A DNA stretch of 64,000 nt, taken from contig JADFIT010000001.1 of assembly GCA_022566515.1 (NCBI GenBank), positions 16,685 through 80,684 of the forward strand, given 5' to 3'. The notes below the pieces were generated by a model that saw only the letters and a program-made list of their open reading frames with translations, did not search any database and had not been told where the DNA came from. This DNA comes from Gemmatimonadota bacterium (GTDB taxonomy: Bacteria; Gemmatimonadota; Gemmatimonadetes; Gemmatimonadales; GWC2-71-9). Positions 63,057-64,000 of the stretch are shown here, piece by piece. How positions within the stretch are numbered: the first letter of the stretch is position 1; each line of letters opens with the position of its first letter. A program made the position numbers and the translations under genes.

Positions 63057-64000
63057 GGGTCGATGCCCTCGCCGTAGAGGGCGCTGTACAGCTCCCGGTT
63101 CCGCAAGAGCGTCTGCACGTAGCCACGCGTTTCAGCGAACGGGATCCGCTCGATGAAGAGGAACCAATCTCCCGCTCTAGCCTCCGGAAACCTGAGCCAG
63201 CGCCTCACCCGTGACCCCCCAGCGTTGTACGCAGCAAGGGCGGGCACGATCTCACCACCATACTGTCGGAGCATCTGCGCGAGGTGGGCCGCGCCGAGAT
63301 GGACGTTGGCGTCGGCAATTCCAAGAAACGCGTTGTCCCAGTCTACCCCAAGTTGGCGGGCCAAACCCCGGGCGGTGGCTGGCATGAGTTGCATCAATCC
63401 CCTCGCACCTGCCCGTGACGTAGCATCTGCATCAAAGGCCGATTCCTGGCGGACCAAAGCGGCCAGGAGAAAGGGATCCAGGTCGAATTCCCTTGCCTCG
63501 CGTTCAAGCAGCTGGCGGTTCGGCCAGGGGAAGATAATTCGAAGCACCCGGGGATCGTTCAGGCGGTGGAGCCCGGCGATCCGCCAACCTAACGCCACCG
63601 CTGATCTCGCTTCGCCACGGGCGATCAATCCCTCCGCCACGTCCATGAGTTCGGTTACGCCCCAGCGGTCAGGGTCGCTCAGGTAGTCTAGGAGCGCATC
63701 CGCTTCGTCCCGCAGATCCACAGCCTGCAGCAAGTCGAGCACCGCGAGCTGGCGGGTTACCTCGGGAGACGGCAGCGTTGCCGGGGGCGGCGCAAAGACA
63801 GGCGCAGCAAGCCCCGCGGCCTGCCGGGCCATGGTCCCGTAATATCCGATGGAATCGAGCCGGGCCAATGTCGCCCACTCGCCGAGAGCTGTGACGGTGT
63901 CCCCGGCATCCTTCGCCAACCGCGCAATCTGGAACTGCGCGGCGCGGGCCCGCGACCCTCTGTGTTCCACCTCCGCGCGAAAAATCTCTGTGGACCTCTT
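63053..64000 (-). CDS. Soluble lytic murein transglycosylase (Slt family), 5'-truncated by the window edge
   Basis: The SLT catalytic domain reads LAALVRQESAFDADATSRAGARGLMQLMPATA...AYNAG. The upstream superhelical repeats and the reading frame stay open to position 64000. Confidence 0.85.
   Translation of the reverse strand, partial: KRSTEIFRAEVEHRGSRARAAQFQIARLAKDAGDTVTALGEWATLARLDSIGYYGTMARQAAGLAAPVFAPPPATLPSPEVTRQLAVLDLLQAVDLRDEADALLDYLSDPDRWGVTELMDVAEGLIARGEARSAVALGWRIAGLHRLNDPRVLRIIFPWPNRQLLEREAREFDLDPFLLAALVRQESAFDADATSRAGARGLMQLMPATARGLARQLGVDWDNAFLGIADANVHLGAAHLAQMLRQYGGEIVPALAAYNAGGSRVRRWLRFPEARAGDWFLFIERIPFAETRGYVQTLLRNRELYSALYGEGIDP

Overview
This is a GC-rich, gene-dense chromosomal window with about 58 protein genes, one riboswitch, and no rRNA or tRNA genes. 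The gene content looks like the core genome of a diderm bacterium. It includes an OmpA porin with thrombospondin-type repeats, many lipoproteins and secreted hydrolases, a bactofilin and an MMPL transporter. A Gemmatimonadota-like origin is my guess only and cannot be verified here.

Recognisable blocks:
- lon
- a Hanks-type Ser/Thr kinase
- a long minus-strand string: methyltransferase, thiolase, FadJ/B-like, proline dehydrogenase, rsgA, DUF1015, fused E1 alpha/beta dehydrogenase
- glpD, queG and a Nif3-like gene
- mnmG, then a perfect parS, then parA-parB-M23 peptidase-bactofilin
- a complete sufR-sufBCDSU-Rieske operon
- def and tag
- a TPP riboswitch followed by thiC
- rnd, polA and a cold-shock gene

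I found no transposases, integrases, phage genes, CRISPR arrays, toxin-antitoxin pairs or known defence genes. This does not look like an accessory island.

The candidates for something undescribed are modest and rest on inference:
1. A 108-aa, 3-TM protein resembles only the N-terminal, coupling-helix part of LptF/LptG. Its stop overlaps (GTGA) the start of a divergent LptB-like ATPase, and the pair sits inside an amidohydrolase-rhodanese-M28 gene string.
2. parA and parB are translationally coupled into one operon with an LmdC-like M23 peptidase and a bactofilin, all behind a perfect parS.
3. Several orphan or architecturally unusual genes: a permuted aconitase-family enzyme, a kinase with a 2TM hairpin and coiled-coil tail, a QW-motif protein next to a TrmB regulator, and DUF4031 overlapping polA.

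All family assignments come from motif recognition by eye. No database search was run.
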